This document shows, in pieces, positions 13,569 through 25,963 of a stretch of 64,000 nucleotides of DNA (positions are counted from its first letter, which is position 1; each line of letters opens with the position of its first letter). The stretch is from Tubiluchus corallicola (lineage: Eukaryota; Animalia; Priapulida): NCBI GenBank assembly GCA_030141605.1, contig JAQGDQ010000022.1, positions 806,001 through 870,000 on the forward strand. Reading direction: 5' to 3'. Under the pieces are notes generated by a model. The model ran no database searches. It was not told the DNA's origin and saw only the letters and a list, made by a program, of their open reading frames with translations. Both the position numbers and the translations under genes were made by a program.

Positions 13569-14528
13569 CCGTGTGAATTCAGCTGCAATGAACGCTTGCT
13601 CTAAACCACTGTAAATAGTTATTGGAATCAGTACGAGCTGTATTAACTTCTCTAAATGTTTCACAGTAGCTAACAACAAATCGGACTGAAAGAAAAGTCT
13701 TTTTGAGTTCCTTGCAGAATCATGTTGATCTTTGGACAGTTGATCGAAAAAAAATGCAATCCATCCTGCCGCAGCCAACGCACAAAAGGAGTAAACTCCT
13801 GCCAGTGTGTACACTTCTTTGTCCGACGGCGGTTCTAAGTTCGTGTTGTTAAAATCGTCGCCTGGACAAAAACTTGCGCCACAAGTTTCATGTATTAGAT
13901 CATCTGACACGTTAACCCTACCAGAGGAACTAAAAATTGACGAAGCAATAAGATTGCCCCATATCTGACTCGATTGAAAAAATATAAAAAACACGCCAAA
14001 AAAACGCGGTATTATGACATCAGCATTTTGCCGAGTTAGTTTAGCATATTCAACACTAATTTCGTTTAGATAAGTGCACTTAGCAGACCACAAAGGACCA
14101 CCACCGAGGCCTGCAATAAAAGCAGTTGGAATTAGAGTCCACCATTCAGCATAAAAGTGAGCTATCATATATGTAGAGTACATGCACATTGAGATACATA
14201 TAGTCCACTTGCAGCCAAATAACTCAATCATAGGAGCAGCAATGAAAAGGCAAGAGATTATCAGACCTCCATAAACGACACTCAGCGAAGCTGTACCTAG
14301 TCCTTCGTCTGCATTCAAGCTGCTTTGCAAGTTCTGCAATGATTTGAATGCTGTGAATAGCAACAAAAATCCGAAACTGACGATTAGCAAGTTCTTGATG
14401 ATGTTTCTTTTTTGCCTTGCTGCAAAATTACAATCTGTGTTTTCCGGTTGCGTGTGATTGCGGTTCTTCATTTTGACTGCTTGATCGCTTGTCCAAAAAC
14501 TGTGGCTTCTTTTGCGAAGAATGCACAT
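13569..14528 (-). CDS. UNC93A: UNC93A-like protein (MFS-like ion-channel regulator family), exon 1; alternative start at 14471
   Basis: KNLLIVSFGFLLLFTAFKSLQNLQSSLN..GLG, PLWSAKCTYL, FFGVFFIFFQSSQIWGNLIAS, CGASFC and YSGLEQAF are UNC-93 family motifs; donor CGG|GTAAGA, phase 0. Spliced CDS 960+268+190+265=1683 nt (560 aa). Confidence 0.95.
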
Positions 14529-14816
14529 TAGTTCTGTTCTTCAATTTTTCGCTTACTTTGGTACACGCGAAAAACATTTAGCTTTCTAGCTCAATTACCT
14601 ATATATTGTCACAATTACGGGTGCTTTTGCAAATCTCACTAATTCATTTATTATAATGCACATGTTTTTGTACTTTTGTATGTTACAGCGAAACTTAATG
14701 CCTAACACCAGTGAAGGTACTTTATTTACTGTTTCTAAAACTTAGAGGCAAAGTGCAAACTACTATCCCGTTTATGTACACGAATACGCTCGTGCTACAA
14801 ATATAACCCTATACCA

Positions 14817-15182
14817 GCCAATAGACCTACTGCAAATGGCACAGGTAGAAATGGTTCGGAAAAATGGCACAGGAAAAAGGGCACGAAAGGAAAAGTAGAT
14901 AAAAATCCGAAAGTGAACCTATTAAGCGTCGTCTACTGCATCTTACACGCTGCATGATTTCTTATTATTCACATTATCTGTATCAAAGCAGTACATGTGC
15001 CATTTAACAAACTTCGCCTTTTGTGCCTTTTTCTCCCCATGCCATTTTTCCTGTGCTATTTTTATTTGTGCCATTTTAACATACTTTTCCATGTGTGCCA
15101 CTTTTTTGTGCCATTTTGGCCGTGCCATTTTTTTCTGTGCACTTCTGACCTATGCCATTTTACCTACGTTCGATCTACTGGC
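14817..15182. mobile_element. Foldback/MULE-like MITE with long inverted arms built from AAATGGCAC subrepeats
   Basis: Left arm GCCAATAGAC..AAATGGCACAGG repeats; right arm many TGTGCCATTT repeats ending in GATCTACTGGC (inverted relative to the left end). Confidence 0.75.
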
Positions 15183-15479
15183 ATACATGGTCTACGTTAC
15201 TATGTAATTCTTAACTGTTCAGAATCAAATCATTTGAACATAAATTCTTCAATTTATTTATAAACACTTTATGACGCAAAATATGGCGTAGATTAAAATT
15301 AGATTAATTATGTTAGATGAAAACTAGAAAGTTTTCGAAACGTCATCGTTTACAATAATTTTTTGTGTCATTGTGGGGTTTTATGTATATTTTACATTTG
15401 ATAGACAAGATACACACGCGCGCGCGCACGTACGCACGCACACACACGCATATATTATATGAGAGAGAGACAGCCTATA

Positions 15480-16680
15480 TACACATATAGGCTGCACGCG
15501 TATATTATCTCCTTCCTTCAAGGATTTAAGATTCTTTCTCATTCTGTCTTGGTATTCAGCAACAGCACCATGTCGATCTTCCATTGCAAATTTGTCTTGC
15601 ATGTGCAATCGGTGACACAGTTTTACCGTTTCTACCAAGTTTAATGGCTGGTGTGGCTTTTAACCCTTCAATTAGATTATTAGAGTATTGCGTAAATTGA
15701 GCAGTCCAATATAAGGATCCTGTTTATCTGCGATGCATTTTCTCATCGTATTTTTGGCAATCTTGGCAGGACTTGTGATTTCCTGGTAGACTGTTTAGCT
15801 CGCTGTAGACATGAGTCAATATACATGCGACCTACGTGGAGTTTAAGTTTGATTTTTTGGCGTAGGCTAAATGGAATGACAGCTGTAAACCCTCTTGGGA
15901 TAACACCATCTTGTGTGCCCTAAAATTAAAATAAGGCACAAGACAAAGGTCGAAGTTAGCTTCATGTTCTGGCCAGCGATGCATTATAGTGTTTTTCAGT
16001 GAGCAAAGAGTTGGGTCTAACTCAGTAGCTGCTTTAACTCTCTCAAGATAACTGCCTTTCAATGGCATGAAAGTAAGATTGTTCACAGCTACGAGTTCCT
16101 TTTTAGGCTTAACTAGCGAAGGAGCTCTGGACAGAGCATCAGGAACTGGAATTGCTTTTCCAGTTTTATGAACAAGCTCATAATCATACTTTTGGGTGCA
16201 AAGTAGTAATGCTTGGGGCCTTTTAGGAGATAATGGTTTCTTAGAGATAGCCACCAGGGGCAAATGCTGTAATGTGGCGACCATCGGTATAGAAATGAAA
16301 CTTTTCTAACCCAAAAGCAACAGCCAGGAGCTCTTTCTCAATTTCGGCATAACGGACTCTTGTATCAGTGAGTGACATGCTTGCGTAAGCAATATGTTTG
16401 CCATCTTGTAATAAGACACTTCCCAGTTCACAATCACTGACATCATTTTCTAGAACAAGTTCCTTACTTGGGTCATACAGGGCAATTACAGGGTTACAGG
16501 GTAACTAGGGAGTTAATGTCATGCATAATTGCTTCTTGGGTATCATACCAATGGTCTACCAGCTTTCAGCAAGTTTCGAAGAGGTACAGTAACATCTGCT
16601 TTATTAGGCAAAAAATCAGCAAGGTAATTAGCCAAGGGATTTTCTAAGTTCTTTCACATTTTTAGGAGACTTTCGAAACA
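15480..16680 (-). mobile_element. Degenerate Ty3/Gypsy LTR retrotransposon pol remnant (end of RT, RNase H, partial integrase)
   Basis: Minus-strand translation DVSDCELGSVLLQDGKHIAYASMSLTDTRVRYAEIEKELLAVAFGLEKFHFY (Gypsy RNase H), then YDYELVHKTGKAIPVPDALSRAP, DPYIGLLNLRNT and LKEGDNIRVQP. Confidence 0.9.
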
Positions 16681-16723
16681 ACTTTGACTTTTGCTTTGTC
16701 AGGTCTCAGTCAATCTTTGGACA

Positions 16724-16763
16724 CAGACAGACAGAGAAATAGAGAGGGACAGGGATAGGGACA

Positions 16764-16855
<92 letters not shown>
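16724..16855 (+). repeat. (GGGACA)n-(GA)n compound microsatellite
   Basis: Directly visible. Confidence 0.95.
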
Positions 16856-16858
<3 letters not shown>

Positions 16859-17009
16859 TGTGTACACGCTTGATGATTATGAAAAAAATAAAAAAATATG
16901 CTAAGGAGAAAAAACCAGAATGGGTTAATAACGTAAGTGCAACAGACGTATCATGTAAGCTAACGTTACAAGTTAATAAAATTATTGTTATAAAGCTGAC
17001 AATATTTAT

Positions 17010-17330
17010 TAGCAAAGTACTAACAATGGTGCCTGTGTTAAAGAAATTAAACTGATGTTAAGTGCATTTAAGAATACGTTACCCTTCTTTGAGATGTGTA
17101 CAGTGTAACCCACGAAACGTCATATCCTGGATATGTGAAGTTACTAGAGAAGAGATCCGATTGGAGAATTCTGACAGATGGAGACGATATCAAAAGAAGG
17201 AGGCGACCCTTGTGAAACAAATAAACTACCAGCGGTTTTGTTAGTACAGCTGTGTAGAAAATCAGATGGAATACTATAGCCCTTTCATCCTGCAAGCAAG
17301 TGTAAAGGAGAGGAAGAGACAACTTTAAAG
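17010..17330 (+). mobile_element. Possible decayed RTE-type LINE C-terminal fragment
   Basis: Fragments STNNGACVKEIK, ISWICEVTREE and LQASVKERKR resemble RTE motifs (xxDGxCxxEIxxRI, ISWxDxxTNEEV, xGKxEGKR). Judged by eye. Confidence 0.4.
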
Positions 17331-17554
17331 TATGTCACAAAAATTTCCCATAAAAAGTCATATTACTTTGAATTATACTCATCTGCTTGAAAGGCATGTC
17401 ACTAGAGCTTCCTGACTGTCACCCAGCTTCCAAATATCTTGTATGAGGTGTGTCATAAATCTTATTGACAAGATGCAGTAATTATCTAACTGAAAAGCAC
17501 TTAATGATCATCGCGCGAGTTTTAATCCACAACTTTTATAGAATGTTAATGCTA

Positions 17555-17870
17555 AAGCCTTCGCCTTGAAAATTTGTCACTTACATGCTGACTTGTTGCA
17601 CTAACGCTGTATAATACTTGTAAATTTGAAATCCCACGATAACAGTTAGGTGCAAGAATTTTAACGGTAAGTCGTTTAAAACAAGTTTAGATAACATTGC
17701 GTAAAGTTCGAAAGAATCATCAGAGCATTCGTCGCATAACTCTTTGCTAACTAAGCAAAAGTATGAATTACATTACATTGTCAGTAAAATCAATAATGTG
17801 TTTTAGTGAGTCAGTGATGCACACTGGGATGGCAATACAGACTTTTTATGGGAACTTTTCTCCCCTTTAA
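17555..17870 (+). mobile_element. Kolobok/T2-MITE-like element, copy 1 (5' truncated)
   Basis: Alignable to 25485-25963 and 36473-36938 (..GATAACATTGCG..ATCAGAGCATTCGT..TTGTCAGTAAAATCAATAA..); ends TTTTCTCCCCTTTAA. Confidence 0.75.
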
Positions 17871-18019
17871 TCTATCATTTTTTCAATTAAACTGGAGTAA
17901 CGATGCAATTATTGGGCAAAATTTTTCAACGGCAAGCATACCCCATGAGCATTTTGCACACGTTTGTAAAAGCAAAATTAAAATACAGCACTGCTGTTAG
18001 GCTAATACATTTAACAAAA

Positions 18020-18265
18020 ATGAGTGAAAGAGCAAGTGATTGAGTAAAAAGTATTGAGTGAACGAGCAAAATAATGATGAGTGAATGAGCGAGTGAGTGA
18101 AATAATAATAACGAATGAATGAGCGAGTGAGTGAAATAATAATGACGAATGAATGAGCGAGTGAGTGAAATGATAATGACGAATGAATGAGCGAGTGAGT
18201 GAAATAATAATGACGAATGAATGTGAGTAAAAAGTAATGAGTGCGTGAGCGAATGAGTGAAATAA
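18020..18265 (+). repeat. 34-bp minisatellite array A (GAATGAATGAGCGAGTGAGTGAAATAATAATGAC)
   Basis: Several near-perfect tandem units plus degenerate flanking units. Confidence 0.9.
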
Positions 18266-18879
18266 TATAGCGCAGGCGCTTGTGCGGCCCACCCGGCACA
18301 ACCTTTACCTTTATTCCAAAGTATGGCATGGTTACCAAACTAGTGTTGCATGTCACCCCTAAAAGTAGTTCAAACCTAAGACTACTAAATTATTCTTCTA
18401 CAAATATTTCGGTTCTTATTACTTATTAGTTAAATCTTCACACATTTTTGCTTTCAAGCAATCAGGTTTAATTTTGGCTCTATTTTTGACATGTACGCTG
18501 GTTTGGGGAAGGTTATAAAGGGAGGGTAAAAACCTGCTGTACTTTGGAGCTACAGTAGTAATCGGGTTGTGCGGAGTTGGTGTTACGCGTGCTTGTGTTT
18601 CTTCCATCAGACTTAGAGTTCTCTTACTACCTGCTATATGGCAAATTAGGTATCAGTCTATCCACTTTATTTCTTTGTTCTGTTTTTCTTTAATTTGTTT
18701 AAAATCTTGTCCTAGTTAGTTTAGGCCTTGTAATATTTAAATCACTTTCCAGTTAAATCTTCAGCGTTATTTAATTCAGTTTTGCAATTGTGGTTATGTG
18801 GAAATCCCTATTAGGTTGCTCCGCCTCCGTACCTGCAGGCCCGAACCACCCCCGGGTGGCGAGGTGCCACCAGCAGTTC

Positions 18880-19115
18880 AATAATAATGACGAATGAATG
18901 AGCAAGTGAGTGAAATAATAATGACGAATGTGAGTGGAAAAATAATCAGTGAGTGAGTAAAATGATGAGTGAATTAGCGAGTGAAATAATAATAGTGAAT
19001 GAATGAGCAAGTGGGTGAAATAATAATGACGAATGAATGTGAGTAAAAAAGTAATGAGTGTGTGAGCGAGTGAGTGAAATAATAATGATGAGTGAATGAG
19101 CGAGTGAAAAAATAA
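18880..19115 (+). repeat. 34-bp minisatellite array B, same unit and orientation as array A
   Basis: Degenerate copies of the same 34-bp unit. Confidence 0.88.
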
Positions 19116-22022
19116 TGTTGAGCTGTATGAAATCATATTTTAACTATCAGATACTGCATCAAAATACCTAGAGATCTGCGGTATGAACCATTTAGTGTAC
19201 CAAGTAATTTCATCGCTTCATTCACATTATCAAGGCACTTATACATAAACTTATTTTCCACGTCGGTCCAACGGGAGGCACTGCGCTATGGCGGGTAGAT
19301 AAGCTTCTGTGGAAACACTAGATTCTCTTCCTTCCCCCAAGACTACCACCAACTTCCATTGCATCTGGTGCGGTGGACATACTGTCCTCACAAAAATGAA
19401 AAACATTCAAATACTATGCAAGACGTTTTGGCCTATCTTACAGAATAGCTACGTATTAATTTTCGTATTTTAACTACTGGTTTTCGATTACAGGTATACA
19501 AAAACTAAAGAAACAACTAGAAGAACGTATAAATTTATCCTTTCATTGTATCAATATCATCCTTTCGATCAGCCTGCTCCCTATTAAAAAGAACTTAAAC
19601 GTTTATATATAAAGTTTTAATCCACGCTGGTCAATAGGTGACACGCACGCTCATTCCACTGCCACTATGACCACCACCGTCTCCCGTTTCATCTTGTATG
19701 GCTACAGTGGCTGTACCATAAACTTTTCTTACTGAAATGAAAAAAATGCACAGTTATAAAACAAAGAATGTTTTCATTCACGACAACAACACGACGTTTA
19801 CAGGGTGGTTTAAAAAATATTAAACAGTTTTTATATTACTTCACTACTAGAAATATTTAATCATGTAAAAACACCCATTTTCAAGTTTTGAAATTAGAAA
19901 ATAGAGAATTTAATATTCACAGTTAATTAGGCCTTACTGATGTTAATTGTTTGATAAATAAACATATTTCACATGCATTAGCTGCATTATGATAGTCGCA
20001 AATGCGGAGAATACTCTAGCCAATAACGAGTCTAGAAAAAAAGACTGCAAATGTTCATTGCAGTTTTTAAACCTTATAAAAATCCAAAGAAAACGCAAAA
20101 GTGCATTTTTAACCATTTTTGTACTACCAAAATTGCTGCCTTAATGTCGTCCAAGTGCAGTACCTGTAAAACGGACAGGACAGTTCAAACGAAACTGAAT
20201 GAAAAAAACAGTTTCACGGACCAGTAAACTTTAGCTGGAGTAAATTTTTTGCTAGTTAAATAACTAACATGCGGGTTCTCAGGTTATCAATTGTGAAAAG
20301 GTACGTACAATCGTACATGTATTACTAAATCGACCAAAGCCATATTAATACTTCAGTGAGCGGGCAGTAGTAGTTGTAATAGTTGTAACTTTTTCTACAA
20401 ATTTAGTCTTTTCGTAATGAAATGTATAATTTATGTATAAATGCTTAATTTAATTATTACAGAAAATAACCTACTGTTTGCTGTATTCGTTATTGGATTA
20501 TGCCAGATACTGTTCAAACTGTAACGTCAATGATAAGATGAATAAGTGATTCAAGTGATTCCGATCAAATTAAGCTAAATCACTCTGATAGAACTTTTTA
20601 ATTTTTTGTTGTTATGGTAGTGTCCGGTAAAGATTAAACTTTGTCTCCACTGTGGTAGTAGCTTTTGTAGCAGTCATACGGTTTAGATTTATTAATATAA
20701 TATTGCTTGAAAATGATTAAGTAAACAACATTGTTTTAGTAAATAACAGTGTTAAAGTAAAAACGGTGAAAAATTATTGTTAGATGGAAATTAAAAATTG
20801 TGGCATGAGGAACTGGAGAAACTAGGGAGTCGCAGGGACAAGTAAGTGACCGGGGTTTGAGATTTTTTGATACAGACCTTGCTTGCGCAGTTTTTTAAAC
20901 AGTTGGGCCAATGGACTTTCGTTAAAATATACATGCGGTCTAATGAACAAACAGATTGTCTGTGCACATTGAAATGTTTTTTCCGTTTGTGTGCTTAAGT
21001 CCAACCAAGCATTAAAAACTCCAGCATACAGCTGCGAGGAGTATTGCCAATATCATTAACGAATTTGTCAGTGTTTATTTTATCTCACTGCGCAATAACG
21101 TGGATTGCTGAGTTGACTTTAAGCAAACAGTGCACCAATATTAAATACCATTTTGAAATTAAAATGTAGCGTTTCGTATACGCACTCGAAACCTCTTCGG
21201 AGAGTAAATGTGCAACATTCCCAGTGTCACTGTGAGCTTTTAATACATGAATTAATATAGCTTAAAGATACTTATTTGATATTCAGCAGCGATCATTGTT
21301 AACTTCACCATTGCTTTTATCATTTGACTGAAACTAGTAAACACATTTATTTAGCCAAATGATAAACAATTAACGACGTAGCTATTTATCAATGATAAGA
21401 ACGTGTATAAAAGACAATGGTCCAGCAGAAGAGTAACAGTTTCAGTCACTTCAGATGCCTATACACCTTCTCTGAACAAGGTAAATTAACAGGCGCAGAA
21501 TGATAGATAAAATAATGAAGATACAATAAGGCAGTTCTCTGACAGTCAATAACCGTTTACTAACAAGACTCGACATTACTTAACTTCGGTCTCTAAGCGC
21601 ACACCGTGAAAACTCAGCTAACCGTTTGCATAACTCTAAAATTCATGACTTTATCAGGCACTTTTTCAATATTACTTTTATTACCTTGCTAATTACAGTG
21701 AACGGATTCCTTCAAAAAAGCAGTTCGTTGAAGCTGCCGTAATAAGAACTGGCACCTTATTATGAAGGCAAAAGACCCAATGCCCTACCGCCGACCACAC
21801 ATTCGACTTTGACGTTATCCAGTTAATTGAAAAACAGGAAAACAAGGCATAATTATATTATGATAGAGTCATAATACATGCTCTATCAGACAGCTTCCGT
21901 GATATCATGCAAATCATTAGTGCGAAATACCCATAACATGGTTTCCAAAAGCGACAATTGAGCGCTCCTTATTCAGCTACAATCATGATTGTTACTACTA
22001 GCTGGTGAAGCCACTCATACAA

Positions 22023-22127
22023 TGACGTCATCGTTGCAGACGGATGCTTGCGAAAACGTAAAATATTTTTCATTTGTGTGGGAACTGCTGATTATATATA
22101 AGAAGAACCCAGCTAACTAATCACTAA
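22023..22127 (+). promoter_or_regulatory. Putative promoter of the trissin-like gene: CRE, TATA box and initiator
   Basis: Palindromic TGACGTCA at 22023-22030; TATATATAAG at 22093-22102; Inr-like TCACT with the A at 22123, about 30 nt after the TATA start. Confidence 0.65.
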
Positions 22128-22355
22128 CTTGAAATCGCACTGTAGATGAGTAATAAATTGAATTAAATTGAATTCGCGACTATGAAGCGTTGTAACGAAA
22201 TCGTGTGCAGAAGTTTACCAAAGTTTCTTTGATGAAATCCAGTACATTTAAAATATATCACGCAAAAACTTTCAGTCGTGTCAAGAACGGGCGTGTGAAC
22301 AGCTGGGAAGCGGTTTATTTTATATTAGATTACCTTTATTTTTACGTTTAAAACA

Positions 22356-22383
22356 ATGGAAACTACAACGGTAAAATTCGCCG
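22356..22383 (+). CDS. Trissin-like neuropeptide precursor, exon 1 (METTTVKFA + G)
   Basis: Strong start context aaacaATGG; consensus donor CCG|GTGAGT in phase 1, matching the phase-1 acceptor at 37639; completes a 27-aa signal peptide. Confidence 0.72.
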
Positions 22384-22533
22384 GTGAGTACAAACTATGA
22401 AGAAATAATGTTAGAATTATTATCATTATTTGTGTGCATGAATTAATTCATTTTAGTGCGTATTAATAGTTAAAAATTCAAGTGACAAAAGAAAATTTTT
22501 AGTTAACAAGGTATGCCATTATTTTGAATTCCA

Positions 22534-23008
<475 letters not shown>

Positions 23009-25179
23009 GCATCGGGTATTTTGATTATATGAGAACAAACGCATTTGATACTAGAGATTTCATTAAGATATTCAAGATGTAAAATTGTATTAGAAGTAAT
23101 TTTGCCAATGCGTCACACGATATGGTTTCAGTCGCCTTTAGAAATCACTTTGGTGATAATTAAAGAAGCAGCGAAGTACCAATTGAACAATATCCACTTA
23201 TGTCAACTTACGAAACAGAGGTGGCTAAATTATCTAAAAAAAGTTTGATACTTGTGTACTATATAGTGCTGGAAAATATATAACTCCCGGCTATGCTCTA
23301 TTATGACAGATACTGATACTTTGCTCTAGCTACACACTAGCTGTAGTCTGTTTTGTTGCTTCAACTTGTTATCTTAATACACTTGACAAATTGCAAAATT
23401 ATTTTATCAGTTTTGTGGATCTTATTTGGAGTAACTTGTGCAGTCCCTTATTCATCGAAGGTCTTCTGTTAAATTAAGCCTGTTTATCGTAACTTTTCTG
23501 GAAGTTGCTCTCGAGATTTTCCAGCGCTTGTTCCAAAGGACTTCACTTGCTCGATGTCCTGAGTTTATGCTGTTTTTATAACTTATAATTGTCTTAGTAT
23601 CCATGTGCATTATAGTCAATATTGTATGTCGCTTGTTATCACCAACAAACTTAAAGCTTTAATTTTTCCCTTACCATATCTAAAAATGCAGTTTCTTATT
23701 TCTCAAGACTTACCTGTAAAACTCCCTATCAGAAAACTGTTTTTGTTAACAAAGTCACTTGCTTGAAGAACATGACGAACATCAGCTGATATCACCTATC
23801 ACAAATAAATTTAATATAATTTATCTTTTTCGATGTTCTCATCTTCTAACCGAAAACCCCTTATCTTGAGTGGAAAAACTGGTTTTGCTTGGAGCAATCT
23901 TGGAAAACATTTTTTTTATTCTTGGACTCTTGAACACTAAACTCATCAGTGAAGCAAAAGTGCTGAAATAAGACAAAGGGACAACATACACTCACTATTA
24001 TGTCATCTTATTACAGTGCTGCAGGTGCGTATTATTTCCGAAGGCATCGTTCACATCACTAGGGGCAATGAGTCGTTCTCTTAAGCTGATAAACTGTGTA
24101 AATTAGCACGAATGCGCGCTTTCGTTTAATTGGAGTATTGATGACTATAAGTAATATTAACAATGCTAATGCTGATTGATAGCAATATTTTTCATGACAT
24201 TAAAGAAATTTTAAGTATCCCAGGAGTTCTCAAAATGCAAAAGTGTCAGTGAAAAGTTTATTCATTTATAGCATGTATGGCACAACACAATCATATACCT
24301 TTCCACAACGCACAACACGATACTAACTTTATATATGTGAATATAGAGCAATTAATATTATAAATCTATGCAATTTGTTATTGTTATTACATAATTACCT
24401 TTGTAATTTTTTATCTGAACCTTTAACAATTATTGTTGGATAAATTTTAGTGACGTCTAGTTTTAGTGACAAATTAAATACAGAAAGTGTAGACTCTTCG
24501 ACAGACTCATGGGTTTAAAGTGTTTCTTTATAAAAACATCGTAAATTTTGAAACTTATATACGCTTGCTGGTAATTTTTGAGGAGCGTCGGATTTCACGA
24601 GTGGAGAAAATAGTTAATTGATTGTCTGAAACTGACCCACCACGAACAATGTTTAGTAATGCTGCAACGACTTTCTTCATAAATTAAACTTCATGTATCC
24701 ATATTTTCCAAAAGCATATGTACTTTATTATGTATCCCTCTGAAGATGTAGTTGCTATGCAGCCCTCAACTCTGCGTTAGTGCAATTTATTTGTCTGATG
24801 TAACAGATTCTCTACGAATAAGTTTTAGTAGGTTTATTCTGTCGTCTCATCATCTGAGGATTAAGACCGGTTGATATGCCAGGCCATCCATTCCTCGTGA
24901 TAACAGAGTATGCAGGTGTGATAATGTCTCTGTTCAAGACGAGTCGCATGTTATTGTGCATTGTAGATTATCTAAGCCAATTAGATGCTGTGTATTTAAA
25001 CAAAGTGCAAAAAGTTATTTGATTTAGAGCTTGAACTTTGTGGTAAATTCTTATCAGCAATTTTGAAAACTTACGATTAACTCGCTGTGGTATCATTTGT
25101 TGTTAACGCTTTTTTTACAATTCCGTGCCAATTTTTGTAATGTTGTTGATGGACTATAATGTTACCATTGTCAGTAAAA

Positions 25180-25180
<1 letters not shown>

Positions 25181-25262
<82 letters not shown>
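25181..25262 (+). repeat. (TAC)n microsatellite
   Basis: Directly visible. Confidence 0.97.
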
Positions 25263-25484
25263 TTAGCTTACTGTCTAAATCTGTAGGGCAAGCTAGTTAC
25301 AGAATTAGCATCAATGGTACTATTGCATTAGACTCCGCTGCTTGCAGGTATTTCCCCAATCAGCTTTTGTTTCTGGTGTCTTTATAAATAAATTGAAATT
25401 TAATAAGTTTAATTTGCTTGTTAAATTTGCTGTTTTGTATGCGCCAGTCGGCTTTGCTGATCCCTGGTATAAAAATCCAGAAAA

Positions 25485-25963
25485 TTAAAGCACCAAAAAA
25501 TACTCTTCATAAATAAAGCTTAAAAATTCATCGTGAAATTTTGCATCAGTTATATGCTGTCTTGTTGCATACAGAGCTTGCGTTAGCAGTAATTTTCCGT
25601 TTAGGCGTGCCCATTTTAATGGTCAGTCGTTTAAAACACGTTTAGATAACATCGCTTAAAACTTAAAACTTTAAAAAATAATCAGAGCATTCGTAGCACA
25701 CTCTTCCGTAACTAGGCAAAAGTATAAATTACTCTATATTGTCAATAAAATCAATAAATTTGTTTTTTTAATGAGCCAGTGGCGAACATTGGAATGACAA
25801 TATAAAATGCCGTCTTACCAGTTGGCGCGAACATTTTAAATTATTGAGAATTTTCTTTTATAATTCTATAAGTCTTTCAAATAGGTAAGAGTAATGCCAA
25901 GCTATATAACTGTAAAGAAATTTTTTGGTATATACTTGAATATTCCCTTTTCTTCCCCTTTAA
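25485..25963 (+). mobile_element. Kolobok/T2-MITE-like element, copy 2 (both ends present)
   Basis: TTAA-AG...TTTTCTTCCCCT-TTAA; internal similarity to copies 1 and 3. Confidence 0.8.

Noticed and set aside
18020-19115. CRISPR-like array (34-bp repeats)
   Set aside because: Units are head-to-tail with no unique spacers, there are no cas genes and the context is eukaryotic.
20780-21490. Possible non-coding exons (donor-like GTAAGT near 20841 and AG|GTAAAT at 21481)
   Set aside because: No coherent ORF or acceptor pairing; cannot be supported without transcripts.
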